Shown here: one piece after another, positions 30,322-41,170 of the stretch
Numbering within the stretch: position 1 is the first letter of the stretch
Layout of the letters: the number at the start of each line of letters is the position of its first letter
NCBI GenBank assembly: GCA_014728035.1
Contig: WJMJ01000046.1
Coordinates: forward strand, 128,001 to 192,000
Reading direction: 5' to 3'
DNA from: Promethearchaeota archaeon
GTDB taxonomy: Archaea; Asgardarchaeota; Thorarchaeia; Thorarchaeales; Thorarchaeaceae
DNA length: 64,000 nt
Program-made: the position numbers and the translations under genes
The notes under the pieces: model-generated
Told to the model about the DNA's origin: nothing
Database searches by the model: none
What the model saw: the letters and a program-made list of their open reading frames with translations, nothing else

Positions 30322-31350
30322 ATGTCCCTAATGCACGAATACTTAATTGATATTTCAGGCGAAATTCCACATCTTGGAAAAGCCGAAGTTGATTCGCTTG
30401 TTGAAAATCATGATGGGGTATATAATCTCACATGGAATGGTACAGATGGAACATTGAAAACACAAAATAATCCAATTGAATTTCTGATAGATAGAGCTGC
30501 ATACTTGAAGAGAATCGTGAAAATCCTAAACAAAATTCCACGTGATACCTTGATTGCTCATTTGATGGATAAGGATATACTATCACGAATTGCACCATTT
30601 TCAAGCTTCAGTGTAAGAACGGAGTCTAGAATAAATGACTCATCTGAAGTTCGCGAGAGAATAACAAGAAAAATTGGAGCAAAAATTAAGAGTGTTTCAG
30701 GAGCTAAGGTATGTTTGGATTATCCCGAAAGAAAGTTTCTTGTTATCATGGACTCTTCAGAAATCATCCTAGGAGAGTATTACAATTCTAGAGTTCGCCC
30801 AAAACTTAGAAAACTAAAAACTGGAATGAGAAGATACTTTCATCCCTCAATGATGAATGCTTTTTTAGCTCGATCCATGTGTAACCTCGCAGGAGTAAAA
30901 AAGGGAAATATTGTGTTGGACCCATTCTGTGGAGCTGGTGGTTTGTTATGCGAGATTGCAGATGTAGGAGCAATTCCAGTAGGCATTGATTTGAGTTGGA
31001 AATTGGTAAATGGGGCACGTCTGAATCTGGAGGAGGATAGAATTCAGAGATATGGACTAGTCCAAGGTGATGCTTTTTCAATTCCAATCGAGAGATGTGA
31101 CTGTATTGTTACGGACCCGCCCTATGGAAGGTGTAGTTCAACTAGGGGAGCTCATTCAAAGCATCTTGTAAGGAGTCTAATCGAACAAGCACCGGAAATA
31201 GTCAAGCCAACAGGAAAAATATGCATTGGAGCTAGTTCTAAAATGAATGTGGATCAGATTATTGAGGATTTCGATATATCTACAAAATATAAAATATCTA
31301 TACCAGTTCATAAAGGGCTTATTAGAGAGATATTTGTTTTTAATGTCTAG
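30322..31350 (+). CDS. THUMP-domain tRNA m2G10 methyltransferase (Trm11/TrmG10-like)
   Basis: FHPSMM..LAR, LDPFCGAGG, TDPPYGR. Confidence 0.85.
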   Translation: MSLMHEYLIDISGEIPHLGKAEVDSLVENHDGVYNLTWNGTDGTLKTQNNPIEFLIDRAAYLKRIVKILNKIPRDTLIAHLMDKDILSRIAPFSSFSVRTESRINDSSEVRERITRKIGAKIKSVSGAKVCLDYPERKFLVIMDSSEIILGEYYNSRVRPKLRKLKTGMRRYFHPSMMNAFLARSMCNLAGVKKGNIVLDPFCGAGGLLCEIADVGAIPVGIDLSWKLVNGARLNLEEDRIQRYGLVQGDAFSIPIERCDCIVTDPPYGRCSSTRGAHSKHLVRSLIEQAPEIVKPTGKICIGASSKMNVDQIIEDFDISTKYKISIPVHKGLIREIFVFNV

Positions 31351-31772
31351 TTTTGAACAATACGTCCACCTTTTGTTGGAGGAGTAAACCATTTGAGAAA
31401 TATTTCAAATCGATTCATTTCTTCAAAAAACAGCTCAACAAGTATACTTCCAAGAGGGGGGTCTTCAGCAGAATCATCCAAGATACGAAAACGTCCAACA
31501 GTAATTGCTTGTTTATCAAACTTGAAGAAAGTACTTGTTCCATTCCAGTTTTGTTCAAGTCGTTTCCGGACAGTATCAATTATTCTTAAATTATGAATCA
31601 AGTCTCTCAAAAGTTCAAGCGTTTCTTGGTCATTTGATGTATAAATTAGATAGCGAGTACCCATTATCTCCGTTATTTCAAAAGAAAGTGGAAAGAAGAT
31701 CACCTCAATGCTACTTTTGATAACTTCAACAGATTCAGTAGAGTATACGGGACAACGAACAGCATATTTCAA
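31347..31772 (-). CDS. UPF0201 RNA-binding family protein
   Basis: PVYSTES.E, RIIDTVR, FDKQA, PPLGSI, PPTKGG. Confidence 0.85.
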   Translation of the reverse strand: MKYAVRCPVYSTESVEVIKSSIEVIFFPLSFEITEIMGTRYLIYTSNDQETLELLRDLIHNLRIIDTVRKRLEQNWNGTSTFFKFDKQAITVGRFRILDDSAEDPPLGSILVELFFEEMNRFEIFLKWFTPPTKGGRIVQN

Positions 31773-31773
31773 T

Positions 31774-32313
31774 TCACAACAACTCTTTGATGGTATTGGT
31801 ACATATAATCTGAAATTTTTCAAGTGATAATTCATTGACAAGCATTATATCACTCATAGCAATTACCCCACCCAGTCCAACAGAGAGTTCCCTAATATCT
31901 CGCTCTTTGAAGGATTCCCAGTCTGTTGGGGCGTCATCGCGCTTTCTTTCTTGTAGACGATTGAATCGAGTATTAGGAGAAGCATGAACGCATACTATCT
32001 TTAGATTGTCGCAATAGGACTGGAAAACATCTATTTCAGCCAAACTTCTACAACCTTCTATTAGAATCACATCATTGTTTAATTTTAATATGGCGTCGAT
32101 ACAGTATTTGGCGACTGCTCCAGGCCCTTCCTTTTCTCTAATTTCAAGCATAGTAATACGAGTGTTCGTGGGGGTTGGTTTGAGCCCCTTTCTACAAGTA
32201 ATTTCGCGTATTATGTCACCCATTACAATAACAGGGACATCTAAATCACTTGCAGCCTTGGCAATTTCACTTTTTCCAGCACCAGGCATACCTGTAACAA
32301 CAATAAGATTCAT
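31774..32313 (-). CDS. UPF0200 P-loop nucleotide kinase (dephospho-CoA-kinase-like)
   Basis: VTGMPGAGKS, MGDIIRE, RDIRELSVG. Confidence 0.88.
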   Translation of the reverse strand: MNLIVVTGMPGAGKSEIAKAASDLDVPVIVMGDIIREITCRKGLKPTPTNTRITMLEIREKEGPGAVAKYCIDAILKLNNDVILIEGCRSLAEIDVFQSYCDNLKIVCVHASPNTRFNRLQERKRDDAPTDWESFKERDIRELSVGLGGVIAMSDIMLVNELSLEKFQIICTNTIKELL

Positions 32314-32396
32314 TTTTCTTGCCCCTTAGCTCATACGCTCTATTTGGAACGGTCAAAACCATTATGCTTTAAGAGTTCCTAATTGCTAAATATCGG

Positions 32397-32993
32397 ATGA
32401 CATCAATCGTTTTTGGAGAGCAAAAATTAATGGATAACAAATTAAGATCATTTATCAGTGTGAATATTTCGAATGAAACACTACTAGAAAGAATTATGGA
32501 CATACAAAATGCACTAGATTATACTGCAGCAAAGATTAAAAAAATAAAGCCAGAGAATATCCATTTTACATTACGCTTTCTCGGAAACACATCTGAATCA
32601 AAGCTCGCCCTAATAAAAAAAGAGCTTGAAAAAGCATCATTCAACCCATTTAGAATCATCATCGAAGGAGTTGGCGTTTTCCCCAAGGTAAATAAACCAA
32701 GAATCATCTGGGTAGGAGTTACCCATAATGCACCCCAATTTGTAGAATTGAAAGAACAAATTGACAATGGACTAAAAAATTTAGGTTATGATAAAGATAG
32801 AAAATTTATTCCACATGCTACGATAGCTAGAGTAAGATACATCAAGAAAAAAGAACTGCTTAAGCAAAATATAACACATCTTTCAGAACGTATGATAGGA
32901 GAAATGGAAATATATCAATTTTCAATGATGATTAGCACTCTCACACCAGATGGACCAATTTATAAAAAATTATGGAGTATTAGCAGTTCGTAG
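32397..32993 (+). CDS. thpR: RNA 2',3'-cyclic phosphodiesterase / 2'-5' RNA ligase
   Basis: Two HxT motifs (HFTLRFLG, PHATIAR), GPIY. Confidence 0.93.
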   Translation: MTSIVFGEQKLMDNKLRSFISVNISNETLLERIMDIQNALDYTAAKIKKIKPENIHFTLRFLGNTSESKLALIKKELEKASFNPFRIIIEGVGVFPKVNKPRIIWVGVTHNAPQFVELKEQIDNGLKNLGYDKDRKFIPHATIARVRYIKKKELLKQNITHLSERMIGEMEIYQFSMMISTLTPDGPIYKKLWSISSS

Positions 32994-33005
32994 GTCGAGG
33001 AGGAG

Positions 33006-33082
33006 TGGTGGGCCGGGGGCGACTTGAACGCCCGATCTCTTGCACCCCAAGCAAGAATCATACCAAGCTAGACTACCGACCC
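33006..33082 (-). tRNA. tRNA-Pro(GGG), intronless
   Basis: GGGTCGG/CCGGCCC-A-CCA; CTTGC-TTGGGGT-GCAAG; GGGCG-TTCAAGT-CGCCC. Confidence 0.95.
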
Positions 33083-33195
33083 GAATTCATGTATGAGGGT
33101 GATACTTGCGATAATGAAAGAGAAAATAAACGTTACCAATCACCTATGAATGTTGGAACACGTGTTCTAGTTTATAGAATGACACAGTTTATAGG

Positions 33196-34281
33196 ATGAA
33201 AACGTGTGATATACAAACAGGGATAGCAATGGTGACCAAGATAGTATATGATGAAATATTCAAGCTTCATGAGATGGCGCCAGGACACCCAGAGAATCCA
33301 CTTCGTTTAGAAGCAGCATTAGAAGGGATTAGAGAAATTAACACCATTGAGGGAGAAATTGGATTCCTTAAACCAAAGAGAGCAGAATTAGAAGATATTT
33401 ACAAAATTCATGACAAAAAGTATATTGAACATGTAAAAGATCAATCGGAAAAAGGAGGCGGATTTTTCACGCTAGATACTACATCCAATGAGCACACATA
33501 TTTAGCATCACTTTTCGCAGCTGGAGGAGGAGTATTAGCAGTTAATGAAATAGTTCGTAATTCTGTAAAGAATGCATTGGTACTTTGTCGTCCACCAGGA
33601 CATCATGCAGAGTTCGGACGAGCTTTCGGATTCTGCTTCGTTAACAATATAGCAATTGCTGCAAAATATCTAATTGATACAACAGATTGCAACAGAGTAA
33701 TGATTATAGATTATGATGCACATCATGGGAACGGAACACAGAATGCATTCTATTCAACAAATGATGTGATGTACATTGGATTACACCAAGATGGTAGAAC
33801 TCTTTTCCCTGGGACAGGATTTGTAGGAGAAATTGGAGAAGGGGACGGAAAAGGATACAACATTAATATTCCCATGATACCTACTGCAGGAGATTGGGCA
33901 TATGGAATAGCCTTTGATGAAGTGATTCAACCTATTGCAGAATCGTATAATCCAGACTTCATTCTCGTATCATCGGGATTTGATTGCCATTATCAAGACC
34001 CATTAGCTCAACTAGGACTTACATATCAAGGAATAATTAATATCAATCAAAGGCTAATAGATATCGCTGAAAAAATAGCAAGTGGAAGAATTGCATTTTT
34101 CTTAGAGGGCGGATATAATCTTGGAGTGATAAAACAAGCTAGTAAACATCTTGTAGAACAATTAGCTGGAATTCCAATTGAAAAAATTCCAGAGCAACAT
34201 CACAAAGAGAACAAACATGAAGAGAATATACAATTAATAATCCAAGAATTAAAAAAACAACTAACAGAATTATGCTTCTAA
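33196..34281 (+). CDS. Zn-dependent histone-deacetylase-family protein
   Basis: HPENPLRL, RPPGHHA, GFCFVNN, DYDAHHGNGTQ, LEGGY. Confidence 0.95.
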   Translation: MKTCDIQTGIAMVTKIVYDEIFKLHEMAPGHPENPLRLEAALEGIREINTIEGEIGFLKPKRAELEDIYKIHDKKYIEHVKDQSEKGGGFFTLDTTSNEHTYLASLFAAGGGVLAVNEIVRNSVKNALVLCRPPGHHAEFGRAFGFCFVNNIAIAAKYLIDTTDCNRVMIIDYDAHHGNGTQNAFYSTNDVMYIGLHQDGRTLFPGTGFVGEIGEGDGKGYNINIPMIPTAGDWAYGIAFDEVIQPIAESYNPDFILVSSGFDCHYQDPLAQLGLTYQGIININQRLIDIAEKIASGRIAFFLEGGYNLGVIKQASKHLVEQLAGIPIEKIPEQHHKENKHEENIQLIIQELKKQLTELCF

Positions 34282-34529
34282 TTATCTTCAAAATTTTCGT
34301 GTGTGATTCGAGTGGAATGTTCTATGTGGCATAGAAGTTCTGGACTTTCTTGAACTTAAACAACGAAACATCAAATCTCAACTGTTTCGAAATAGAAAAT
34401 ATTTCTAGGAAATCATCTTGTTGTGACAGAGGGGATTCAGTGATACTATGGTGTGTCGAAAGAGAGACAATTCTGTCATGGATAAGCACATCAAATACTC
34501 CGATTAATTTTCATCAGGTTTTCGGATTT

Positions 34530-37500
34530 TTATGGCCGCTTTATTTTTTCTCCGCCAGGATTAAAGAGGATACCTTCTGTAAGTAACTTACTTAATGCCT
34601 CTTCTGCACGTTCTTTTGAAAGACCCATTTCGCTTACTCTTTGCAATAAAGTTTCTTTCTCAATAGACGATTTTCCTTCTGCTTCAAAGGCCTTCATAGC
34701 AGCTAATATGATTTCTGATGCATTGCGTTGAGATGCACTAATAGGAGATGCAATACGATCAATATCGATTCTCTTTGTTACGGGATCAAAAGCAACCATT
34801 CGTAACGATTCTTCCATAAGATGTACCGCAGCCTGTGCGTCTTCTCGACTCACTTCAGTATTTAGTGAAACTCTTGCACGTGCTTCCGATAAGCGAACCA
34901 ATGCTTCAAGCTGCCTAGCGGTGATAGGAACAGGAGCAGCACCACCTTCAGCTCGAGACCTAAGACCTACATAAAAGGATTCTATTACTTCAGCAGCTTC
35001 AGCTGTAAGTTGAGGCGTCACATGAATATTTGCGTATCCAATGTATTTTTTCAGAAAATCGGGTTCAATAGGAGGAATTGTTTCTTTCTCTTTTGTTGTC
35101 TGCATACGGTGCATACCCAAAATGAATTTTGCTAATTCCCGGTCTTTACTTTCTTCAACAGTATCTACTAGAATCCATATGAGGTCGAATCGAGACAATA
35201 TAGTAAAAGGAAGCTTAATGTTATCTTGAATTGACAACGAGGGTTCGTATCGACCAAGAGTGGGATTTGCTGCAGCCAATATAGAGGTACGTGCATTTAG
35301 TGTAGCGACAATTCCAGCTTTAGCAATGCTAACGGTATTATGAAGAATGGTACCTTGACTGATGAAGCTGTGTTCGGGTTCAACCGTTACATCATACACG
35401 TATTCCGTGGAATATGGGCCTGCATTATCAATACGCCGTATACTTTCAATTCTTAGAAAGCTAAGAATTCCTTCAAGATGGGATTCTATTTTCTCGATTT
35501 CGGAGTCAAGTACATCCAATTCAGCTCTGATAGATCTTTTCAGTTTCTCAATAGTCTTCTCTAGTAATTCAATTGAATAGTCACCATTTTCAAGATGGTA
35601 TATGGAAGATTTACTTATACCAATCTTTTGAGCAGCTGTTTCCTGTGACCATTTGAGAATTTTTCGTAACGATTTCAAAGAGTCTGATGCATTTTCAAAA
35701 TTTTCTCCAACCTGCTTTCTTGCATTTATGATGGAATCGAGACATTTTCTAAGCATATATCTTGTAATTCCGAATCCATCTTGTATCGAACGATAGAAAT
35801 CGCAATCATGGGTAATGCCTACCCGCCTACTCAGTTGCATCAGTCTTTCACCAAAGCTTTGTAGAAAGACATCATGATGGTCGTTTCTTCTACTAGATTG
35901 TTTAATAATCTGGTCGATTCTCTCAAGACGTGAGTCCCACTCTTCAACAAATTTATCCCTGAAAAGAGGAAGAGAATTACTTCGAATGACGACCTTGTAA
36001 GAATTATTATGGGAGTCAGCCAATATTTTACTTTGTAATCCAATTCCTAGAAGAAGATCTTGATAATCGCAAGCTAATCCTGATGATGCAGTTCGATAAG
36101 ACACCTCTTCAGATTCAACAGCTCCAGCTCCTATGAAAGCAGATTTTAGAAAACTAATTATCGCCTTCTCTCCAGACTTAAAAAGCTGAGAAGGTATACG
36201 TTTCTGAGTTGAAAGATTCATTATCTCGGGAAAATTCTCAGAAAAGAAATCCATCAGTTGAACCGAAACAAAACGAATCGTACGATTCCGTTCAACATAA
36301 TCAACACTTTCAATTCCAAAAATATCTTGCATCAAATTAAGAAGATCATTCTTAATTTGGACTGAAGTTGTGGAGAATTCAATTTCATTAGTAGATTCAT
36401 CATAGCGATATCCTTCTGTAACAAAATAACCCAGAATTCGAGCCAAATTGTTCGACATACGTGCTGGTTGAATTATTGCTTCTACAGGCTTGTGAGATGC
36501 TTGAACTGCTGTCAGAATTGCCCCAGGATTGTGACCACAGGGCATTTTTCGTGGAGCAGGAACAAAAGCACCAACCATAGCATCCTCTGCAGGAATTGTT
36601 CTAACATCTCCATCCTTGTATATAAACAAGGGATGGTCTGGAGTTACGACAATCTTCCGACCATTACCAAATGCGACTTCAATGAAATAATCAGGGGCGG
36701 TATGACGGCTGACTCTATCCACTTTCACCTTTCTGACAGTAATGAAGTTGGTGGTATAAAGTTCCAAATTGAGAGAGATTGTATCAACTATCTCACAATT
36801 TACACCTTGAACAACTCTTTTAGGATGCGCATCGAACAATCTATCAACAATGGACCCAATGGGAAGCCTGCGTCCATCAGTAAGAAGAATCTCTGTCGAG
36901 GGATGGAAACTATGTTGTTCCATCGCCTCATGAATTGCAGTTCTGTCATTAGGGTCCATTTTATCAAATTCATCAATGCACGCAATACCTTGGTCAGCTA
37001 AAACTAATGCTCCAGCTTCGAGTGTCATTGAGCCGGTATCGGTATCATGGACAACAGCAGCAGTAAGTCCTGCAGCTGTGGTGCCTTTTCCAGAAGTATA
37101 CAAACTTCGTGATGCTAACTTTGCCACGAATTTTAGAATTTGGCTCTTACCTGTGCCAGGGTCTCCAATCATCAGAATATTGGAACGCCCCCTTAATCGA
37201 GTTCCATCGGGAAGAGTTTTTCCAACCCCACCAAATAGAAGTAAAGCAATTGATTCTTTTATGAATTCATGACCATGTATTGAAGGAGCAATTGAAGCGA
37301 AAATACGCTCGTGAATGTAGGGGTCCTCAGATAGCTCGTGAATCCGTTTTTCTTCTTCATCTGATATTTCCAACTGTTCATATTCTTTTTCGGTTATTTC
37401 AACTCCATTAGCTTCAATGAATACATTGAAAGTAGCTAGTTTGCCACCGCGACGAGAGAAATCAGGAGATGTTTGAAGAATTCCTGAAACCTTCACCAAA

Positions 37501-38171
37501 TCACCTGGTCTAGATATATCGACAATATCACCTTCAAGAGTAACATCAACTGATCGAGGCATTTGGCCGGGAGGTAATTCTTCAGGAGACTCCTGAATAC
37601 GTACTCTTTGCCAATCGATGAATTGAGATTCTTCTGGCAATAGTTTCATTGGAGTCTTTTTCATACAGGTTGGACACATTACAGGTTCGGAGTATCGACC
37701 ACCTTCCAGCTCATGTGACAAAGGATTAGAACAGATTCGACATTCAAACACAGCTTTAACTAGCAAGGGTTTAACTTCACTTGCACGCATCATTATTCCA
37801 CTAATACGAATCAAATGACCAATATGTCTAGAACGAATAGCTCTTAGGGGTACAGTATCAAGGTAGTTGGTTATTCGTACCTTGATAATACCCTCATCAA
37901 TACTTTCAATATAATCAGGATCTTCGATTCTTAAAATCGACACTAGTGCATTACTTATACTTCTAATAAATTCAGAGGGGGTTTCAGCAGCTTCTGTAAT
38001 AAAGATGCTATCAAAACTAGCTAAATCTTGAAAATCAACAGATAATGAGGTTTCATCATTTAAGGACATTCTCTGGACGCGATTCCAGTATGTCAAAGCA
38101 CCTTGTTCATCCGTATAGCTTCGTAGAAAATTTTGGAATCTTTCTTCCAATGAGTCTAACTCGGTCGTCAT
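34530..38171 (-). CDS. mcm: MCM replicative helicase containing a 525-aa intein
   Basis: Zn finger, GDPGTGKSQ, IDEFDKM, LSRFD, TARQLE; insert between HEAMEQH and TVSIAKAG. Confidence 0.97.
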   Translation of the reverse strand: MTTELDSLEERFQNFLRSYTDEQGALTYWNRVQRMSLNDETSLSVDFQDLASFDSIFITEAAETPSEFIRSISNALVSILRIEDPDYIESIDEGIIKVRITNYLDTVPLRAIRSRHIGHLIRISGIMMRASEVKPLLVKAVFECRICSNPLSHELEGGRYSEPVMCPTCMKKTPMKLLPEESQFIDWQRVRIQESPEELPPGQMPRSVDVTLEGDIVDISRPGDLVKVSGILQTSPDFSRRGGKLATFNVFIEANGVEITEKEYEQLEISDEEEKRIHELSEDPYIHERIFASIAPSIHGHEFIKESIALLLFGGVGKTLPDGTRLRGRSNILMIGDPGTGKSQILKFVAKLASRSLYTSGKGTTAAGLTAAVVHDTDTGSMTLEAGALVLADQGIACIDEFDKMDPNDRTAIHEAMEQHSFHPSTEILLTDGRRLPIGSIVDRLFDAHPKRVVQGVNCEIVDTISLNLELYTTNFITVRKVKVDRVSRHTAPDYFIEVAFGNGRKIVVTPDHPLFIYKDGDVRTIPAEDAMVGAFVPAPRKMPCGHNPGAILTAVQASHKPVEAIIQPARMSNNLARILGYFVTEGYRYDESTNEIEFSTTSVQIKNDLLNLMQDIFGIESVDYVERNRTIRFVSVQLMDFFSENFPEIMNLSTQKRIPSQLFKSGEKAIISFLKSAFIGAGAVESEEVSYRTASSGLACDYQDLLLGIGLQSKILADSHNNSYKVVIRSNSLPLFRDKFVEEWDSRLERIDQIIKQSSRRNDHHDVFLQSFGERLMQLSRRVGITHDCDFYRSIQDGFGITRYMLRKCLDSIINARKQVGENFENASDSLKSLRKILKWSQETAAQKIGISKSSIYHLENGDYSIELLEKTIEKLKRSIRAELDVLDSEIEKIESHLEGILSFLRIESIRRIDNAGPYSTEYVYDVTVEPEHSFISQGTILHNTVSIAKAGIVATLNARTSILAAANPTLGRYEPSLSIQDNIKLPFTILSRFDLIWILVDTVEESKDRELAKFILGMHRMQTTKEKETIPPIEPDFLKKYIGYANIHVTPQLTAEAAEVIESFYVGLRSRAEGGAAPVPITARQLEALVRLSEARARVSLNTEVSREDAQAAVHLMEESLRMVAFDPVTKRIDIDRIASPISASQRNASEIILAAMKAFEAEGKSSIEKETLLQRVSEMGLSKERAEEALSKLLTEGILFNPGGEKIKRP
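35337..36911 (-). mobile_element. Intein in MCM with LAGLIDADG endonuclease remnant and inserted XRE-HTH
   Basis: Block A SFHPSTEILL, block B TPDH, block F VYDVTV, block G ILHN followed by Thr+1. Confidence 0.93.
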
Positions 38172-38311
38172 TATTCAGAAGCCTCACTTATAGAGTTACA
38201 TTGTTATCATTTCGAGTCAATCGAAGTTCAAAGAGTGTATCTCTCATAGAGATATTAAAAACACTCTCAAGGATAACGAGTAATATCATTAAGGCAATTA
38301 AGTTCTGTGTA

Positions 38312-38881
38312 TTACTCAAGAAGTTCTTTTCGCCAATCAGAGAGAAGAGAGGTTAATTGTTCACCCAACCAACGTTCTTCCAAGGTCATTTCATTTCGCA
38401 TATCTTGTAATGCACCAGACTTTGCAATTCTCAATATTTTGGATAAGCGGGTTTGAACCAGAAAGGGGAGCATTTGCTGTGTTCTCTCAATTTCATCATA
38501 TCTTCTTTTGTCAAGAATAGTTTTGTCATTTTGTAACCTAGCTATTTTCCTGCATAATGCTTGATACAGTAAAGGAGGAATTGCCTGCATTTTATGAGGA
38601 TGCCGTTCTTCAGCACGGTGAATATTTTGAAGATTTCTTGAAGATTCATATTCATTTTGTGAATCAATTTCAATAATCTGTTCCTTTAGAAGTACTTCAA
38701 TGACCCAATTGGGAAGTTCAACCTTAGAACCGGATTTGAAAGGGCCAATAATACGACCACTGATAGTCATTTTTGGTATATCTTTTTGAAAGATACAACT
38801 TCTTACTTCATGTAAAAATTCCAACCCAAAACGATTCATTACATCTTCAGGCAAATCAACCAGTTGCATTATAGTCACCAT
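38312..38881 (-). CDS. GINS subunit (Gins23-like)
   Basis: IGPFKSGSKVELPNWV B-domain then helical A-domain (RLSKIL, MTLEERWL); directly upstream of mcm. Confidence 0.8.
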   Translation of the reverse strand: MVTIMQLVDLPEDVMNRFGLEFLHEVRSCIFQKDIPKMTISGRIIGPFKSGSKVELPNWVIEVLLKEQIIEIDSQNEYESSRNLQNIHRAEERHPHKMQAIPPLLYQALCRKIARLQNDKTILDKRRYDEIERTQQMLPFLVQTRLSKILRIAKSGALQDMRNEMTLEERWLGEQLTSLLSDWRKELLE

Positions 38882-39022
38882 TAGGATAACGAATTGATAT
38901 CAAGGTATACTCGTTTAAATATCACCATTCAAAGTTAAGCCGGAGAATCTATTAGGATTCTGATGAGGACCAGTACTAGATACCTACTATATGAAATAAA
39001 TGTGTGGATGTGAAATTATCTA

Positions 39023-39970
39023 ATGGATATAGATCTCTGGACAGAAAAATATCGCGCTCGAACGCTCAAAGATGTCTTAGGGCAAAAAGCTGCAATTGAA
39101 AGTCTAACAAAATTTGTTGAGAACAAAACAGTTCCACATTGCCTTTTTGCGGGACCACCAGGAACAGGTAAGACCACTGCAGCTATGGCAATGGCCAGAG
39201 ATTTATTTGGTGATTCTTTTGAGAGAAACTTCATGGAACTCAATGCCAGTGATGAAAGGGGAATAGATGTTGTTCGAAACCAAATAAAACGATTTGCCAG
39301 AATAAAACCAACTGAAAATGCACCCTTCAAAATACTGGTTCTAGATGAAGCAGATCACCTTACAGGAGATGCTCAACATGCACTCAGAAGAACTATGGAA
39401 ACATATGCTTCATCTTGTCGAATAATCTTGATATGCAACTATTCAAGTAGAATAATACCACCAATTCAATCAAGATGTGCAATATTCAAATTCAATAGAT
39501 TAGACAACGAAGCTATTTCAGACAGATTGGAATACATCAGCAAAAATGAAGATGTTGATATTGAAAAAGAAGCGATTGACGCAATTCTTTATTTGTCCGA
39601 AGGGGATATGCGTGCAGCAATTAATCTTTTACAAGCATCCTCATCTAGTTCAAGTAAAATTTCTGAAGGGATTGTATTTTCAATTTCGGGTAAAGCAAAT
39701 CCACAGTTAATTGAAGATATGCTTGAACTTGCTCTAACGGGCAATTACGAAAAATCCATCAGCGAAATGAAAAACCTTCTCTACAAAGTAGGTATTGCAC
39801 CCATTGACTTGGTGAGGCAAATTCATCGCCAAATAATGAGAAAAGAAATACCATCAAAACAAAGAACAACCATATTAGAGAAAATGGCGGATACGGAGTT
39901 TCGGATAACAGAAGGAGCAAATGGAGAAATTCAACTCACATCCCTACTTATCTCAATGCACGGGTTGTAG
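39023..39970 (+). CDS. rfcS: Replication factor C small subunit
   Basis: WTEKYR, GPPGTGKT, ELNASDERG, LDEAD, IQSRC. Confidence 0.96.
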   Translation: MDIDLWTEKYRARTLKDVLGQKAAIESLTKFVENKTVPHCLFAGPPGTGKTTAAMAMARDLFGDSFERNFMELNASDERGIDVVRNQIKRFARIKPTENAPFKILVLDEADHLTGDAQHALRRTMETYASSCRIILICNYSSRIIPPIQSRCAIFKFNRLDNEAISDRLEYISKNEDVDIEKEAIDAILYLSEGDMRAAINLLQASSSSSSKISEGIVFSISGKANPQLIEDMLELALTGNYEKSISEMKNLLYKVGIAPIDLVRQIHRQIMRKEIPSKQRTTILEKMADTEFRITEGANGEIQLTSLLISMHGL

Positions 39971-39973
39971 AAA

Positions 39974-41170
39974 ATGATTGATGGAATGCCTTGGCCAGAA
40001 AGATTTCGTCCGAAGTCAATTTCAGAGGTAGTTGGTAATAGACACGCGATGAAGACAATTCTTGGATGGATTGAAACATGGAAAAATGGAATACCTAAAA
40101 AGAAGGGCTTGCTTTTAGTAGGACCACCAGGTGTTGGAAAAACAGCATCAGTAATTGCAATTGCAAGCGAATTTGATGTCGAGCTTGTTGAATTCAATGC
40201 CAGTGATAAACGCAACAAAGCACACATAGAAAACCAAGTATGGATAGCTGCAACACAACATACACTCGACGACCGAATGAGAATAATATTGTTAGATGAA
40301 GTAGATGGGCTTTCAGGAACAAGTGATAGGGGTGGAGCTGGAGCAATATCCAAGGTAATTGACCAAGCAGTGCATCCAATAATCATGACTGCAAATGATC
40401 CAGACAGTTCACGCCTTAAGAAAATTACTAAGAAATCACTAGTTATCGAGTTTAGTTTTTTAGAAAAAGAAGATGTAAAAATAGTGCTACAAAGAATTCT
40501 AACCGAAGTCGCCAAAGAAGTAGCTGAGAGCGATTTAGAGCAAATCATTCAACAATCGGGAGGCGATCTGAGAGCGGCTATAGCCGATTTGCAAACTTTC
40601 ATCGAGGGAAGTAAAAATCTTACAAGAAGCTACAGCAGAGATACGCAGAGGAATATCACAGAAACTTTGCAAAGAATGTTTATGACAACCGAGATTTCTA
40701 CTGCAAAGAGAATCATTTCCGAAGGCGATATTGGATTTGAAGACTTGTTATTATGGTTAGAAGAGAATATACATCTTCACCTAAGAGATACTGTTGAGCT
40801 TGAAATGGGATTGGAAGCTCTCTCACTTGCAGATTTAACGTTGGGAAGAATAATGCAGAAACAAAGTTGGAAGCTTCTTTCTTATTTCTACGATTTAATA
40901 GCTAACGGAATTACATCAAGTCGATACAAAACACCGTACAGAAAAGTATCATATTCAAGACCATCATGGCCTCTTACAATGTGGAAAGGAGGAAGGAGAA
41001 GTAACAAGAAAAAGAAACTCTACAAACAAATAGGAAACAAATCAGGAGTTTCAAATCAAAGAGTATGGAAAACTCATGCTGAAGCCATAGATCGAATAAT
41101 TAAAAAGAATCCGAAAATGTTATCCGAATTTGCTACATGGCTCAAAGTTAAAAGGTCTGTCTTTGGATAG
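39974..41170 (+). CDS. rfcL: Replication factor C large subunit
   Basis: PWPERFRP, GPPGVGKT, NASD, LDEVDG, GDLRAAI; follows rfcS. Confidence 0.94.
   Translation: MIDGMPWPERFRPKSISEVVGNRHAMKTILGWIETWKNGIPKKKGLLLVGPPGVGKTASVIAIASEFDVELVEFNASDKRNKAHIENQVWIAATQHTLDDRMRIILLDEVDGLSGTSDRGGAGAISKVIDQAVHPIIMTANDPDSSRLKKITKKSLVIEFSFLEKEDVKIVLQRILTEVAKEVAESDLEQIIQQSGGDLRAAIADLQTFIEGSKNLTRSYSRDTQRNITETLQRMFMTTEISTAKRIISEGDIGFEDLLLWLEENIHLHLRDTVELEMGLEALSLADLTLGRIMQKQSWKLLSYFYDLIANGITSSRYKTPYRKVSYSRPSWPLTMWKGGRRSNKKKKLYKQIGNKSGVSNQRVWKTHAEAIDRIIKKNPKMLSEFATWLKVKRSVFG

Noticed and set aside
33005-33199. 64-aa plus-strand ORF
   Set aside because: Antisense shadow of tRNA-Pro
39931-40548. 205-aa antisense ORF (and many similar 60-180-aa ORFs in the track)
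   Set aside because: Stop-free shadows of conserved genes such as rfcL and mcm; no motifs
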